56,440 nt of DNA from an uncultured Dehalococcoidales bacterium (GTDB lineage Bacteria > Chloroflexota > Dehalococcoidia > Dehalococcoidales > UBA2162). The first letter of the stretch is position 1; every line of letters starts with the position of its first letter. Both the position numbers and the translations under genes were made by a program. Below, one piece after another: positions 44,746 through 53,672 of the stretch. The stretch is from positions 22,243 through 78,682 of the forward strand of contig CAZCMK010000001.1 of the NCBI GenBank assembly GCA_964499775.1, read 5' to 3'. Under the pieces are notes generated by a model. The model saw nothing but the letters and a program-made list of their open reading frames with translations, was not told the origin of the DNA and did not search any database.

Positions 44746-47046
44746 ATGGACACTGCGGCTTTCATTCAGTATCTGCAATCCCAGCCCACCTATAACGGAC
44801 AGATTGCCCATGTGGAGCATATTCCGTCCCGGGAGGCGGTCGGCGCCGGACTTGACGAGCCGATATCGCCCGGACTCCAGAGCTGCCTTGATAAGAAAGG
44901 GATGACGTCGCTCTATACACACCAGGCACAGGCGGTGAATAATGCGTGTCAGGGCAGGAATGTCATGGTGGCTACATCCAGCGCCAGCGGTAAAAGTCTT
45001 TGCTACAATATCGCCGTGCTGGAAACGCTCCTCAATGAAACGGACGCCCGCGCCCTTTACCTCTTTCCGACCAAGGCGCTGGCTCAGGACCAGCTGCGCG
45101 TCCTGAAAGAAACGTTTACCCCCGGTCTTTTCAGGGCTGAGGAATTCTCCACCTTCGACGGTGATACGCCCTATGGAGAACGGGCAGATATTAGAAAGAG
45201 GGCAAGAATAATACTGACCAATCCTGACATGCTCCACGTGGGTATCCTGCCCAATCACGGCGTATGGTCGAGACTGCTGCGAAACCTGAAGTACGTGGTA
45301 ATCGACGAAGCCCATTCCTACCGTGGAGTGTTCGGTTCTCACGTTTCAGGTGTGCTGCGTCGGCTGCGCCGGCTGTGTAAACATTACGGTTCGAGTCCGC
45401 AGTTCATCTGCTGCTCCGCTACCATAGCCAATCCCGGCGAACACGCCGAATCACTGACCGGACTTCCGTTTACGGTGGTAGACGATGACGGTTCGCCTCA
45501 CGGAGAGAAGGACTTCGTCTTCTGGAACCCACCGATAATCGATATGAAGAAAAGCGCCCGACGCAGCGCCAACAGCGAGGCTACCCATCTATTTACCGAG
45601 CTGGTGAACCAGAGCGTGCGGACACTCACCTTTGCCCGAAGCCGGCGGCTGACCGAGCTTATCTACACCTATTCGCGTGACAGACTTGCCGATATTAATC
45701 CGCCATTAGCGAGAAGGATTAAAGCATATCGCGCCGGGTACCTTCCCGAAGAGCGGCGGCAAATCGAGAGGGAGCTTTTCGGCGGCCAGCTTCTGGGAGC
45801 GGTGTCTACCGTCGCCCTTGAGCTTGGAGTGGATATCGGCGACCTCGAAGCTACCGTGCTTACAGGCTATCCGGGCAGTATCGCCAGCACCTGGCAGCAG
45901 GCAGGCAGGAGCGGCAGGGGTAAAGAAGGCTCGATGAGCTTTTTAGTCGGGCTCGATAACCCTCTCGACCAGTATTTTATGCACCACCCGGAAACCTTTT
46001 TTCAGAAAAGCGTCGAGAACGCGCTGGTCAATCCGGACAACCACTATATCCTGAGAGCCCACCTGCTCTGCGCCGCCTGGGAGCAGCCGATAACCGCCGG
46101 GGACGAGGAGTACTTCGGGAGTCACTGCGCCGAGGAAACGGCGGAGCTGGAAAAGCAGAGCTTACTAAGGGAACGCAGGCAGAAGTGGTACCTCTCACCG
46201 ACCATCTCATATCCGGCACAGGCAATCGGCATACGCTCCACCGGCGGGGAAGACTACGCCGTAATAGATACCTCGACTGCCGCCCTGATGGAGACCGTAG
46301 ACGCCAGCGTAGCCTTCTTCCAGATACACCCCGGGGCGATTTACCTACACCAGGGAACACCTTATTTCATAAACGACCTCGACCTAGCCGGACATACCGC
46401 CTACGCTACGGCTACCGACGCCACCTATTATACCCAGACCAAGGAAATAGAAGACCTGCGTATTAAAAAGACAATCGACAGCCGGGTCTGCGGGTCGGTG
46501 AAGGTGTATCTTGGCGAGGTCGAAGTGACCAATAACGTGGTCGGCTTCAAGAAAATGCTTCAGTACACCGAAGAGGTAATCGGTGAAGAACCGCTTTCCC
46601 TGCCGCCACTACAGTTTCCCACCGTGGCTTTCTGGTTCGACCTGCCTCCGGAGACCGTTCAGGGACTGGAGAAAGCGCAGCTCGACTTAGCGGGAGGACT
46701 GCATGCCACCGAGCACGCAGCTATCGCCATGCTCCCCCTGTTTACGCTGTGCGACCGCAACGATATCGGCGGTATTTCTACTGCGCTTCACCCCGACACC
46801 GGCAGGGCGCAGGTATTCATCTATGACGCCTATCCGGGCGGGATAGGGATTGCCGAGAAGGGGTTTACACTGGTGGAAGACCTGTGGCAGGCGACCCTGG
46901 ACGCTATTTCGGAATGTCCCTGCCAGGACGGCTGCCCTAGCTGTATACAATCGCCTAAGTGTGGTAATAATAATAAACCTCTGGATAAAAAAGCGGCGAT
47001 AGCACTCCTGAAGGGGCTGCTTTCCAACTCCGGGAAGAAAAAATGA
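44746..47046 (+). CDS. DEAD/DEAH-box helicase with C-terminal DUF1998 zinc-finger domain (YprA/MrfA-type)
   Basis: 766 aa. Motif I ATSSASGKS, motif II VIDEAHSY, QQAGRSGRG, and a C-terminal CPCQDGCPSCIQSPKCGNNN. Confidence 0.85.
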   Translation: MDTAAFIQYLQSQPTYNGQIAHVEHIPSREAVGAGLDEPISPGLQSCLDKKGMTSLYTHQAQAVNNACQGRNVMVATSSASGKSLCYNIAVLETLLNETDARALYLFPTKALAQDQLRVLKETFTPGLFRAEEFSTFDGDTPYGERADIRKRARIILTNPDMLHVGILPNHGVWSRLLRNLKYVVIDEAHSYRGVFGSHVSGVLRRLRRLCKHYGSSPQFICCSATIANPGEHAESLTGLPFTVVDDDGSPHGEKDFVFWNPPIIDMKKSARRSANSEATHLFTELVNQSVRTLTFARSRRLTELIYTYSRDRLADINPPLARRIKAYRAGYLPEERRQIERELFGGQLLGAVSTVALELGVDIGDLEATVLTGYPGSIASTWQQAGRSGRGKEGSMSFLVGLDNPLDQYFMHHPETFFQKSVENALVNPDNHYILRAHLLCAAWEQPITAGDEEYFGSHCAEETAELEKQSLLRERRQKWYLSPTISYPAQAIGIRSTGGEDYAVIDTSTAALMETVDASVAFFQIHPGAIYLHQGTPYFINDLDLAGHTAYATATDATYYTQTKEIEDLRIKKTIDSRVCGSVKVYLGEVEVTNNVVGFKKMLQYTEEVIGEEPLSLPPLQFPTVAFWFDLPPETVQGLEKAQLDLAGGLHATEHAAIAMLPLFTLCDRNDIGGISTALHPDTGRAQVFIYDAYPGGIGIAEKGFTLVEDLWQATLDAISECPCQDGCPSCIQSPKCGNNNKPLDKKAAIALLKGLLSNSGKKK

Positions 47047-48218
47047 AAAAGTTGATAACAGCTTTGATGTTGATAACAATGGTTACAGGCTGTCTTACCG
47101 GCTGTGGTGGAGAGACTGATGAGGTCGAGCCTGTTGCGTCGGAATCAAACCGCTGGCTGGAGCTCTTAAGAATCCTGCCGGAAAACGAGGTTACCCTGAA
47201 AGCAGCTTATCTCCAGACTGCGGAATTCGCGGACATTATAAGAAAGCAATTTCCTGAAGTACCCGAAGGAAGTCTTATGTCAGCGGAATTAGTCGCCCAT
47301 AATAACCTTCCCCTCTTCGCAAAAACATCCTACACCGACGAGGAATGGAAGGAAACCGTCGGTTTTACCATCATGGATGTAACAGAATCGATAGTGGCGA
47401 CCAGTGGGCCACCTTCCGATTACCAGGCGGTACGGGGGGAGTTTACCGCGGAAGATATCGAGAACGCTGCCAGGACCGGTCCTCTTAATGAGCATATGGA
47501 AGTGGTGTCTTATAAAGGTTATGAATTCTATAGCTGGGGTGAAGACCGCGCTATACACTTGGACTGGCGCAGTGGGGTACGGAATCTAGGCCGCGGGCAC
47601 CGGCTGGCTTACGTTGACGGATTCGCTCTGTGGATGCTGTGGACGGACGGTATAAAAGAGATGATTGACAGCTATGAAGGTAATATACCGTCGCTGGCGG
47701 ATAATAAAGAATATCAGCAATTAGCTACTGTGCTTGAGGATATGGGTACAGCAACCGCCTGTTTCTCTTACGATTCCGTATCTATTTCCGATTTTATGGA
47801 AATATTCAGTGAAAACTTAGAAGAAATCAGGCAGAGAGGTCGGGAACAACAGATAGAGGAATTCGAAAATGAACCGCTACTCAAAGCGTTTTCGTCCTTT
47901 GCTACCGGAGCAGGCGAGGACGAGGATGGTACCTATCTCGTAATCGTCCTGATGAACCCGGATGAGGGCGCGGCCAAAGCTAATGTCGACCTGCTGGAGC
48001 AGCGGATAAACGAATCGCAGATGTACCCGTATACTTCAAGCCCTCAGGGTCTTTCCGGGAAATGGACGGACAACGACCGCATAGAAAGCATGGAAATATA
48101 CAGTGACGGGCGATTAACCGTGGCTAAACTATACGGTCCGGTTTTCATCAACTGGGATGGTCTCAGTAGTGTCGGAACTGTCGGTGGACCGTATATTCCA
48201 CTGCTTCTGCATGAATAA
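47043..48218 (+). CDS. lipoprotein, unknown function
   Basis: 391 aa. Signal peptide MKKLITALMLITMVTGC with lipobox VTGC/LTGC. The ATG overlaps the helicase stop (ATGA). Confidence 0.6.
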   Translation: MKKLITALMLITMVTGCLTGCGGETDEVEPVASESNRWLELLRILPENEVTLKAAYLQTAEFADIIRKQFPEVPEGSLMSAELVAHNNLPLFAKTSYTDEEWKETVGFTIMDVTESIVATSGPPSDYQAVRGEFTAEDIENAARTGPLNEHMEVVSYKGYEFYSWGEDRAIHLDWRSGVRNLGRGHRLAYVDGFALWMLWTDGIKEMIDSYEGNIPSLADNKEYQQLATVLEDMGTATACFSYDSVSISDFMEIFSENLEEIRQRGREQQIEEFENEPLLKAFSSFATGAGEDEDGTYLVIVLMNPDEGAAKANVDLLEQRINESQMYPYTSSPQGLSGKWTDNDRIESMEIYSDGRLTVAKLYGPVFINWDGLSSVGTVGGPYIPLLLHE

Positions 48219-48266
48219 ACGAAAATAAACCTGCGATACAAGACAGGTGAAACAAGCCAAGGAAAA

Positions 48267-49286
48267 ATGAAAAAGCTGATAACAACTTTGATGTTGATAA
48301 CAACGGTTACAATCGGTTTTTCCGGCTGCGGTACTCCGGTGGATACCTCGCCCGACCAGATAGTGACCTTCCCCGACCCGGCCTTTGAGGAACGTATCAG
48401 GCATACTATCAATAAGCTGGAAGGCCTGATTTACATCGGCGACCTGGCAAAGATTACCCACCTTAACGCCCACCAGAGTAACATTACCGATATCAGCGGG
48501 ATAGAACACTGCTGCAACCTCAGGAAGCTGTATATCTATGATAACCAGATAAGCGATATTTCCCCGCTGGCTTCACTGACCAGCCTTGAAGTGCTTACCG
48601 CATACTCCAATATCATAACCGACATCTCGGCATTGAAAGACCTGGTTAACCTGACCCAACTCTGGCTTCACCGGAATTTTATAACCGATATTTCCGCCAT
48701 ATCTTCCCTCAGCGAACTGCGGATTCTGGACCTCCATAAAAATAGTATAACTACCCTTCCTTCGATGGAGTCACTCACCAAGCTTCACACAATATACCTG
48801 CATGAGAACCAAATAACGGATATTTCACTCATGGCTTCACTGACCAATATCAAAATACTATATCTCTCATCCAATCAGGTCTCCGATGTTTCCGCACTGG
48901 CTTCCCTGCCCAGGCTCAGTTACCTCCACCTCGAAGACAATCTGATTACGGACGTATCTCCGCTGGGGAAAATCGGGCAACTTGAACTATTAAATCTGGA
49001 GGGAAACCGGATAGAGGATATATCTGCTCTGGCGAGACTGAAAAACCTGCAAAGACTGGACCTGGAAAGGAACCGGGTAGTCGACGTATCTCCTTTACTC
49101 AGCCTGAGGCTACTGGCGGATATAGACCTCTCGGATAACCTTATAACGGATATCAAACCGCTGGTTGATAATACGAGTTATAATACATTTACGGATATTA
49201 AACTCGAAGGAAACCCGTTAAACGACGAATCACTGAATACATATATCCCCCAACTAAGAGAAAGAGGAGTGGATATCAGCTGGTGA
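48267..49286 (+). CDS. leucine-rich-repeat (internalin-like) lipoprotein
   Basis: 339 aa. Signal peptide MKKLITTLMLITTVTIGFSGC, then about 11 tandem 22-aa LRRs (LxxLxLxxNxIxDISxLxxLxx). Confidence 0.8.
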   Translation: MKKLITTLMLITTVTIGFSGCGTPVDTSPDQIVTFPDPAFEERIRHTINKLEGLIYIGDLAKITHLNAHQSNITDISGIEHCCNLRKLYIYDNQISDISPLASLTSLEVLTAYSNIITDISALKDLVNLTQLWLHRNFITDISAISSLSELRILDLHKNSITTLPSMESLTKLHTIYLHENQITDISLMASLTNIKILYLSSNQVSDVSALASLPRLSYLHLEDNLITDVSPLGKIGQLELLNLEGNRIEDISALARLKNLQRLDLERNRVVDVSPLLSLRLLADIDLSDNLITDIKPLVDNTSYNTFTDIKLEGNPLNDESLNTYIPQLRERGVDISW

Positions 49287-49678
49287 ATAACGAATACAGA
49301 AGCGTCGGTAGCCGTTACGGAGGCAAACCGGTGGCTTTCTCCTGGGACCCGTTTGCTTACAAACAGACAACCGATGCGGAGTCGAGGTTCGGGTACAGAG
49401 ATGCCAGAGACCCGGAACAGGCACCGAGGCCGGAGCGGGGGGACAAAGCCCTCTTGATCGGAGCGGTGGTAGGGATAAGCCTGGGCTGTATAACAGGGTA
49501 TATAATAGGCAGTAACCTGCTGGGTATCGGCGGCTTTTTTCTCGGACTCATCGCCGGAGCTATAATCGGTGGGTTAATCGGCCTTACGATAGGCAATTAC
49601 ATAAAAAAGCGGGTGAACACGCCACCCTCGAAAAAGGCAGATTCGGAAGAAGGGCCGTTTGTAAGTAAGCAGCGATAA
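49283..49678 (+). CDS. glycine-zipper membrane protein, paralogue 1
   Basis: 131 aa. DPFAYK...DPEQAPRPERGDK, then G-x3-G-rich TM segments LIGAVVGISLGCITGYIIGSNLLGIGGFFLGLIAGAIIGGLIGLTIGNYIKKRVN. The GTG overlaps the LRR gene stop (GTGA). Confidence 0.6.
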   Translation: MNNEYRSVGSRYGGKPVAFSWDPFAYKQTTDAESRFGYRDARDPEQAPRPERGDKALLIGAVVGISLGCITGYIIGSNLLGIGGFFLGLIAGAIIGGLIGLTIGNYIKKRVNTPPSKKADSEEGPFVSKQR

Positions 49679-49715
49679 TGTCAAGATTGTATGGGTCGCT
49701 GCCGGTAAACATATA

Positions 49716-50144
49716 ATGGTTAAGGAGAATGCGGAAATATACAGGATGGATGTAATAGTGAGTACCACGGTTACACGCTTTCCGGGCAATACCGTACTGT
49801 TCATGATTCCGCATGGCGACCCTTTCGGCTATAAACACGCAATCGAAGCCGAGGAAAGGATACGAAACAGAAGCAGCAAAGACCCCGAACAGGCGCCACG
49901 CCGGGAGCCAGGAGATAAATACGTTATACTCGGGACCGTACTGGGTATATCAATCGGCTGCCTGGTGGGTTTTATTATCGGGAGCAGCTTCTTCGGTATC
50001 GGCGGAGTATTCGTCGGGCTCATCGGAGGAGCCGTATTCGGCGGATTTATCGGCTTGACGATAGGCAGCTATATAAAAAAGCGGGTGAATTCACCACGCC
50101 GGAAAAAGGCAGAGACCGGAGAGGAGAGACCTTTTATCAGGTAA
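49716..50144 (+). CDS. glycine-zipper membrane protein, paralogue 2
   Basis: 142 aa, collinear with the previous protein (DPFGYK...DPEQAPRREPGDK...GLTIGSYIKKRVN). Confidence 0.6.
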   Translation: MVKENAEIYRMDVIVSTTVTRFPGNTVLFMIPHGDPFGYKHAIEAEERIRNRSSKDPEQAPRREPGDKYVILGTVLGISIGCLVGFIIGSSFFGIGGVFVGLIGGAVFGGFIGLTIGSYIKKRVNSPRRKKAETGEERPFIR

Positions 50145-50147
50145 CAT

Positions 50148-51002
50148 ATGATTGAGATAAGCATTAATCCGATAGCTTTCCTGGGTGTCAGGTGGTACGG
50201 GATTTTCGTTTCTCTGGGTATTGCCGCACTTGTCCTCTGGGTGGCGTGGCAGGTAAGTAAAGAAAAAAGGGCTTCCCTGGATACGGTATTTGTAGCAGCG
50301 ATTGTCGGCATCCCTTCCGGCGTGGTGGTATCGCGGGCACTTCACGTAATCGACCTCTGGGACTACTACAGCCAGTTTCCGGGGGAAATTATCGGCGGTT
50401 CGGGTATGAGCATATACGGCGCCATTCTGGGAGCTATTCTGGGTATCTGGGTTTGCAGCAAGTTCACCAGATTCCAGTTCGGCTACCTCGCAGACCTGAT
50501 AGCGCCCGGGCTGATACTTGCCCAGACTATCGGCAGGATAGGCTGCACTATAAACGGCTGCTGCTATGGTAATGAGTGTTCTCTGCCCTGGTCTGTTACA
50601 TACCTTCACCCTGCTAGCTTTGCCCCTATCGGGGTTGCCATCCATCCCACGCAGGTCTACGAGATAATATTTCTAGCGATTATTTTTGGCATTATCCTGA
50701 TGTTAAGAGGCCGTCTCAGGCCGGACGGCAGGCTGTTTTTAACCTATCTGGGGATATACTCTGTGTGGCGTTTCGGTCTCGGTTTCCTGCGTGAAGGTAC
50801 GCCGTTTCTGTTCGGTCTGCACCAGGCGCAGGTAATAGGCATAATCGTCCTAGTTATCGTTATCCCCTTACTGGTGTTCAGGACGAAATGGGGGAAGGCT
50901 GAGATAGTGAGTCCGGATGAGACGGAAGAGACGGAACATCCTGACGAAGAAACACAAAATGTCACCGAAGAACCGGTTGAAAATAATAGTGAGGTGGAGT
51001 GA
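50148..51002 (+). CDS. lgt: prolipoprotein diacylglyceryl transferase
   Basis: 284 aa. GVRWYGIFVSLGI, GRIGCTINGCCYG and HPTQVYE motifs, with an acidic C-terminal tail. Confidence 0.9.
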   Translation: MIEISINPIAFLGVRWYGIFVSLGIAALVLWVAWQVSKEKRASLDTVFVAAIVGIPSGVVVSRALHVIDLWDYYSQFPGEIIGGSGMSIYGAILGAILGIWVCSKFTRFQFGYLADLIAPGLILAQTIGRIGCTINGCCYGNECSLPWSVTYLHPASFAPIGVAIHPTQVYEIIFLAIIFGIILMLRGRLRPDGRLFLTYLGIYSVWRFGLGFLREGTPFLFGLHQAQVIGIIVLVIVIPLLVFRTKWGKAEIVSPDETEETEHPDEETQNVTEEPVENNSEVE

Positions 51003-51199
51003 TGGAAACACTGGATGTAATCATTGTTTGTTTCTGGCTGGTCGTTGCCGTCTGGGTAGGCTGTTTTATAGTGGTAGCCGTGGATTCAGCCTACCGCCGT
51101 ATCAGCCCCGTTTTCTGGCGTCTTGCCGGTCTTTTCGGCGGTCCGTTTGCCCTGCTGGCATACGGGCTTGTCCGGGAGCGGAAAGCACAGGAAAAGTAA
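51002..51199 (+). CDS. small membrane protein, PLD-nuclease N-terminal (PLDc_N)-like
   Basis: About 65 aa with two TM helices and the pattern VDSAYRR...FWRLAGLFGGPFALLAYGLVR. The ATG overlaps the lgt stop (TGATG); the track start is GTG 50999. Confidence 0.5.
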   Translation: METLDVIIVCFWLVVAVWVGCFIVVAVDSAYRRISPVFWRLAGLFGGPFALLAYGLVRERKAQEK

Positions 51200-51233
51200 T
51201 CCTACCCCCGTTAGTAGAAAATAACTCCCCCTG

Positions 51234-51956
51234 CTAGCTGTGCCTGTTAATAATCGAGAGGTTCCAGGTACGTTTGTCGTCGGCAAGCACACCGCCGATT
51301 GTGGAGGTTCTTATATCATCGCCCTGGTTGGTGGCGGCTGATATTTCATAAATAAACCCGGCAATCTCCTCCGGCGTCTCTGCCTCTAATTTCACCACCG
51401 GAAGTTTCCCTGATACATCAAAAGCAACGGGATTTTGCATATCACCGCTGTAAGTAGCAACGCCGGTCAGAGTGCCCGGTTCCGGGTTTATCCGGTAAGT
51501 TCTCGCCGGCGGACTATCCGTTACTATACTCAGAATGTATACCGGCTCGTCTTCACCGGCGTGGAAGGTTGCTACAGCGGCAATCCTCGGGGTATGCAGG
51601 CTGTCCGGTTCATAATTGGCACCGTCCATTATCGTTTTCATGTACTTCTCTTCGGGTGAGGATTCGCAATGGTAAATGAGGCGGTATGTTTCAAATACAG
51701 CCTCTGTCTGGATGCCGTTACTGACCGCGGCAAGGCCGATTTGATTATCAGTCTTAACAGCCGTATAGTGCCTCAACCAGTCGTAGGGCTCATCACCGGT
51801 CGGACCTATAATTATCCCGTGCTCGGTAGACACAGCTTTTCTTTCCCGGCTCTGCGGACTGCGTCCCGTGACCAGATAAGCCAGTGCCGGCTTTCCTTTC
51901 GCCGTCAAGCCGAGGAACAATTGCCTTCCGGGGTAAGGTCCGTTCGGATTTTTCAT
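51234..51956 (-). CDS. purO: IMP cyclohydrolase, archaeal PurO type
   Basis: 240 aa. YPGRQLFLG...AYLVTGRSPQSRER, VSNG and YEPDSLHTPRIAA match PurO signatures as recalled from the M. jannaschii enzyme. Confidence 0.7.
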   Translation of the reverse strand: MKNPNGPYPGRQLFLGLTAKGKPALAYLVTGRSPQSRERKAVSTEHGIIIGPTGDEPYDWLRHYTAVKTDNQIGLAAVSNGIQTEAVFETYRLIYHCESSPEEKYMKTIMDGANYEPDSLHTPRIAAVATFHAGEDEPVYILSIVTDSPPARTYRINPEPGTLTGVATYSGDMQNPVAFDVSGKLPVVKLEAETPEEIAGFIYEISAATNQGDDIRTSTIGGVLADDKRTWNLSIINRHS

Positions 51957-51990
51957 GATACTCCCTCCTGCTACGTGCCGGTTTTTTTCA

Positions 51991-53670
51991 TTATCCGCCC
52001 GGTTCGAAATCGAGAATGTTCAACCTGAGTTGCTCCTGTCCGCCCCAGCAATTCAATTCCAGATTATATACTATGTCGAGCGACTGAGATACCTCGTTTA
52101 GGTAGTTACCGAGTCCGAAGCCTACCGCATCCCAAACCATAGAGTCCTGTTTCAGTTTCATCCTTACGTGAGAGCCGTCACTGCCCATTGTACCGAGGCT
52201 GACGACTTCTGCGTTTCGGGTGAGGAAAGTGGGAGCAGGGTTTCCCTGCCCGAACGGCGCCATCTTCTGGAGAGTCGAGTAGGTATCTCCCCCGAGTTCC
52301 GGCAGGGTAACTTCGGCGTCGATATCTATCCTGGGGCGAAGGTCCACGCCTTCCAGCTCGGCAGCCGCCAGTTCGATGAGTTCATGCCGGAGGCGGGGCA
52401 GGTCTCTGGTATGGAGGCCGATTCCTGCCGCCCGGGAGTGCCCGCCGAAATTGGTAAGAAGATGGCTGCACCGGTTAAGAGCGTTGATAATATCGAACTC
52501 GGGAATACTTCGACAGCTCCCTCCACTGAACCGCTCGCCCGTCCTGACCACTATTACCGGGCGGTAAAATTCCTCAGACAGCCTTCCGGCTACCAGTCCC
52601 ATTATACCGGCGGGATAGCTTACATCACTGGCTATTAAGAGCGGCATATCCAGTTGAGGCATCACCTGCTCTCTGGCTTTTTCCAGGGTCCGCGCGGTCA
52701 ACCTCTGCCGTTCGGTGTTTTTTTGCTCCAGCCAGCCTGCAAGCTCCCGCGCCTCATCCTCGGAGTCCGTCATAAGCAGTCTGTAGCTGCTCATGGCGTG
52801 TTCCAGTCTGCCGGCGGCGTTCAGGCGAGGAGCTATTGTCCACGATATGTTTTCGCTGCTAATACCGTTTGACTCCAGTCCCGACCGGTTGATTATCTCT
52901 CTTATGCCCAGTCTCGGAGAAGTGCTTAATATCTCCAGGCCCTGCTTTACCAGGTACCGGTTTTCACCCAGCAGAGGCACCATATCGGCAACCGTCCCCA
53001 GGGCTACGAGGTCCGTAAGTCCGTTCAGCTCCTGTTCTTTACCTAGTCCCCAGAACAGAGCCTGGAGGAGTTTCATGGCAACGCCGACGCCGGCAAGCTC
53101 CGTAAAAGGATAGTTCGAACCGGGCAGCTTGGGATTAATTACCGCATTCGCCCGGGGTATTTCATCAAGAGGGGTATGGTGGTCGGTGATGATTACGTCA
53201 AGCCCCAGTTTTTTCGCATGTTTTACCTCGGTAAGGGCGGTAATTCCGCAATCGACGGTTACCACCAGGCTTACACCCTGTTTTTTAAGACTCTCCAGAG
53301 CGGGGGTCTTCAAGCCGTAGCCCTCGGTCAGGCGGTTGGGTATATAGGGTGTGGCTTTGCAATTCAGGAGAGAGAGTCCCTGCACCAGCAGCGCCGTAGC
53401 GGTTATGCCGTCGGCATCGAAATCGCCGTAAACGGCGATATTTTCACCGGAGAGTAAAGCCCGGTACAGCCTGGCTACCGCCTGGTGCATCCCGGGCAGC
53501 AGGTTGGGGTCGCCGCTCAGACTCTCGTCGGCAGCCAGAAAAGATTCAATGCCGGATGGGTCGATAATGCCGCGGTTATAGAGAAGCTGGGCAATCAGCC
53601 GTGTGAAACCGGTACCACCGGAGCTTTCATCGGGGACTGACGGCAGCAGATTCCACCGGCTATGGCTCAA
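51991..53670 (-). CDS. recJ: single-stranded-DNA-specific exonuclease RecJ
   Basis: 559 aa. DHH motifs GDFDADGITA, VTVDCG and ITDHH, plus the DHHA1 region GGHSRAAG. Confidence 0.9.
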   Translation of the reverse strand: MSHSRWNLLPSVPDESSGGTGFTRLIAQLLYNRGIIDPSGIESFLAADESLSGDPNLLPGMHQAVARLYRALLSGENIAVYGDFDADGITATALLVQGLSLLNCKATPYIPNRLTEGYGLKTPALESLKKQGVSLVVTVDCGITALTEVKHAKKLGLDVIITDHHTPLDEIPRANAVINPKLPGSNYPFTELAGVGVAMKLLQALFWGLGKEQELNGLTDLVALGTVADMVPLLGENRYLVKQGLEILSTSPRLGIREIINRSGLESNGISSENISWTIAPRLNAAGRLEHAMSSYRLLMTDSEDEARELAGWLEQKNTERQRLTARTLEKAREQVMPQLDMPLLIASDVSYPAGIMGLVAGRLSEEFYRPVIVVRTGERFSGGSCRSIPEFDIINALNRCSHLLTNFGGHSRAAGIGLHTRDLPRLRHELIELAAAELEGVDLRPRIDIDAEVTLPELGGDTYSTLQKMAPFGQGNPAPTFLTRNAEVVSLGTMGSDGSHVRMKLKQDSMVWDAVGFGLGNYLNEVSQSLDIVYNLELNCWGGQEQLRLNILDFEPGG

Positions 53671-53672
53671 GC

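Noticed and set aside
44746-47046. DISARM/Dpd-like defence module suggested by the helicase plus DUF1998
   Set aside because: The helicase and DUF1998 are fused in the YprA/MrfA housekeeping architecture. No methyltransferase, PLD nuclease or other defence partners are adjacent; the neighbours are envelope proteins.
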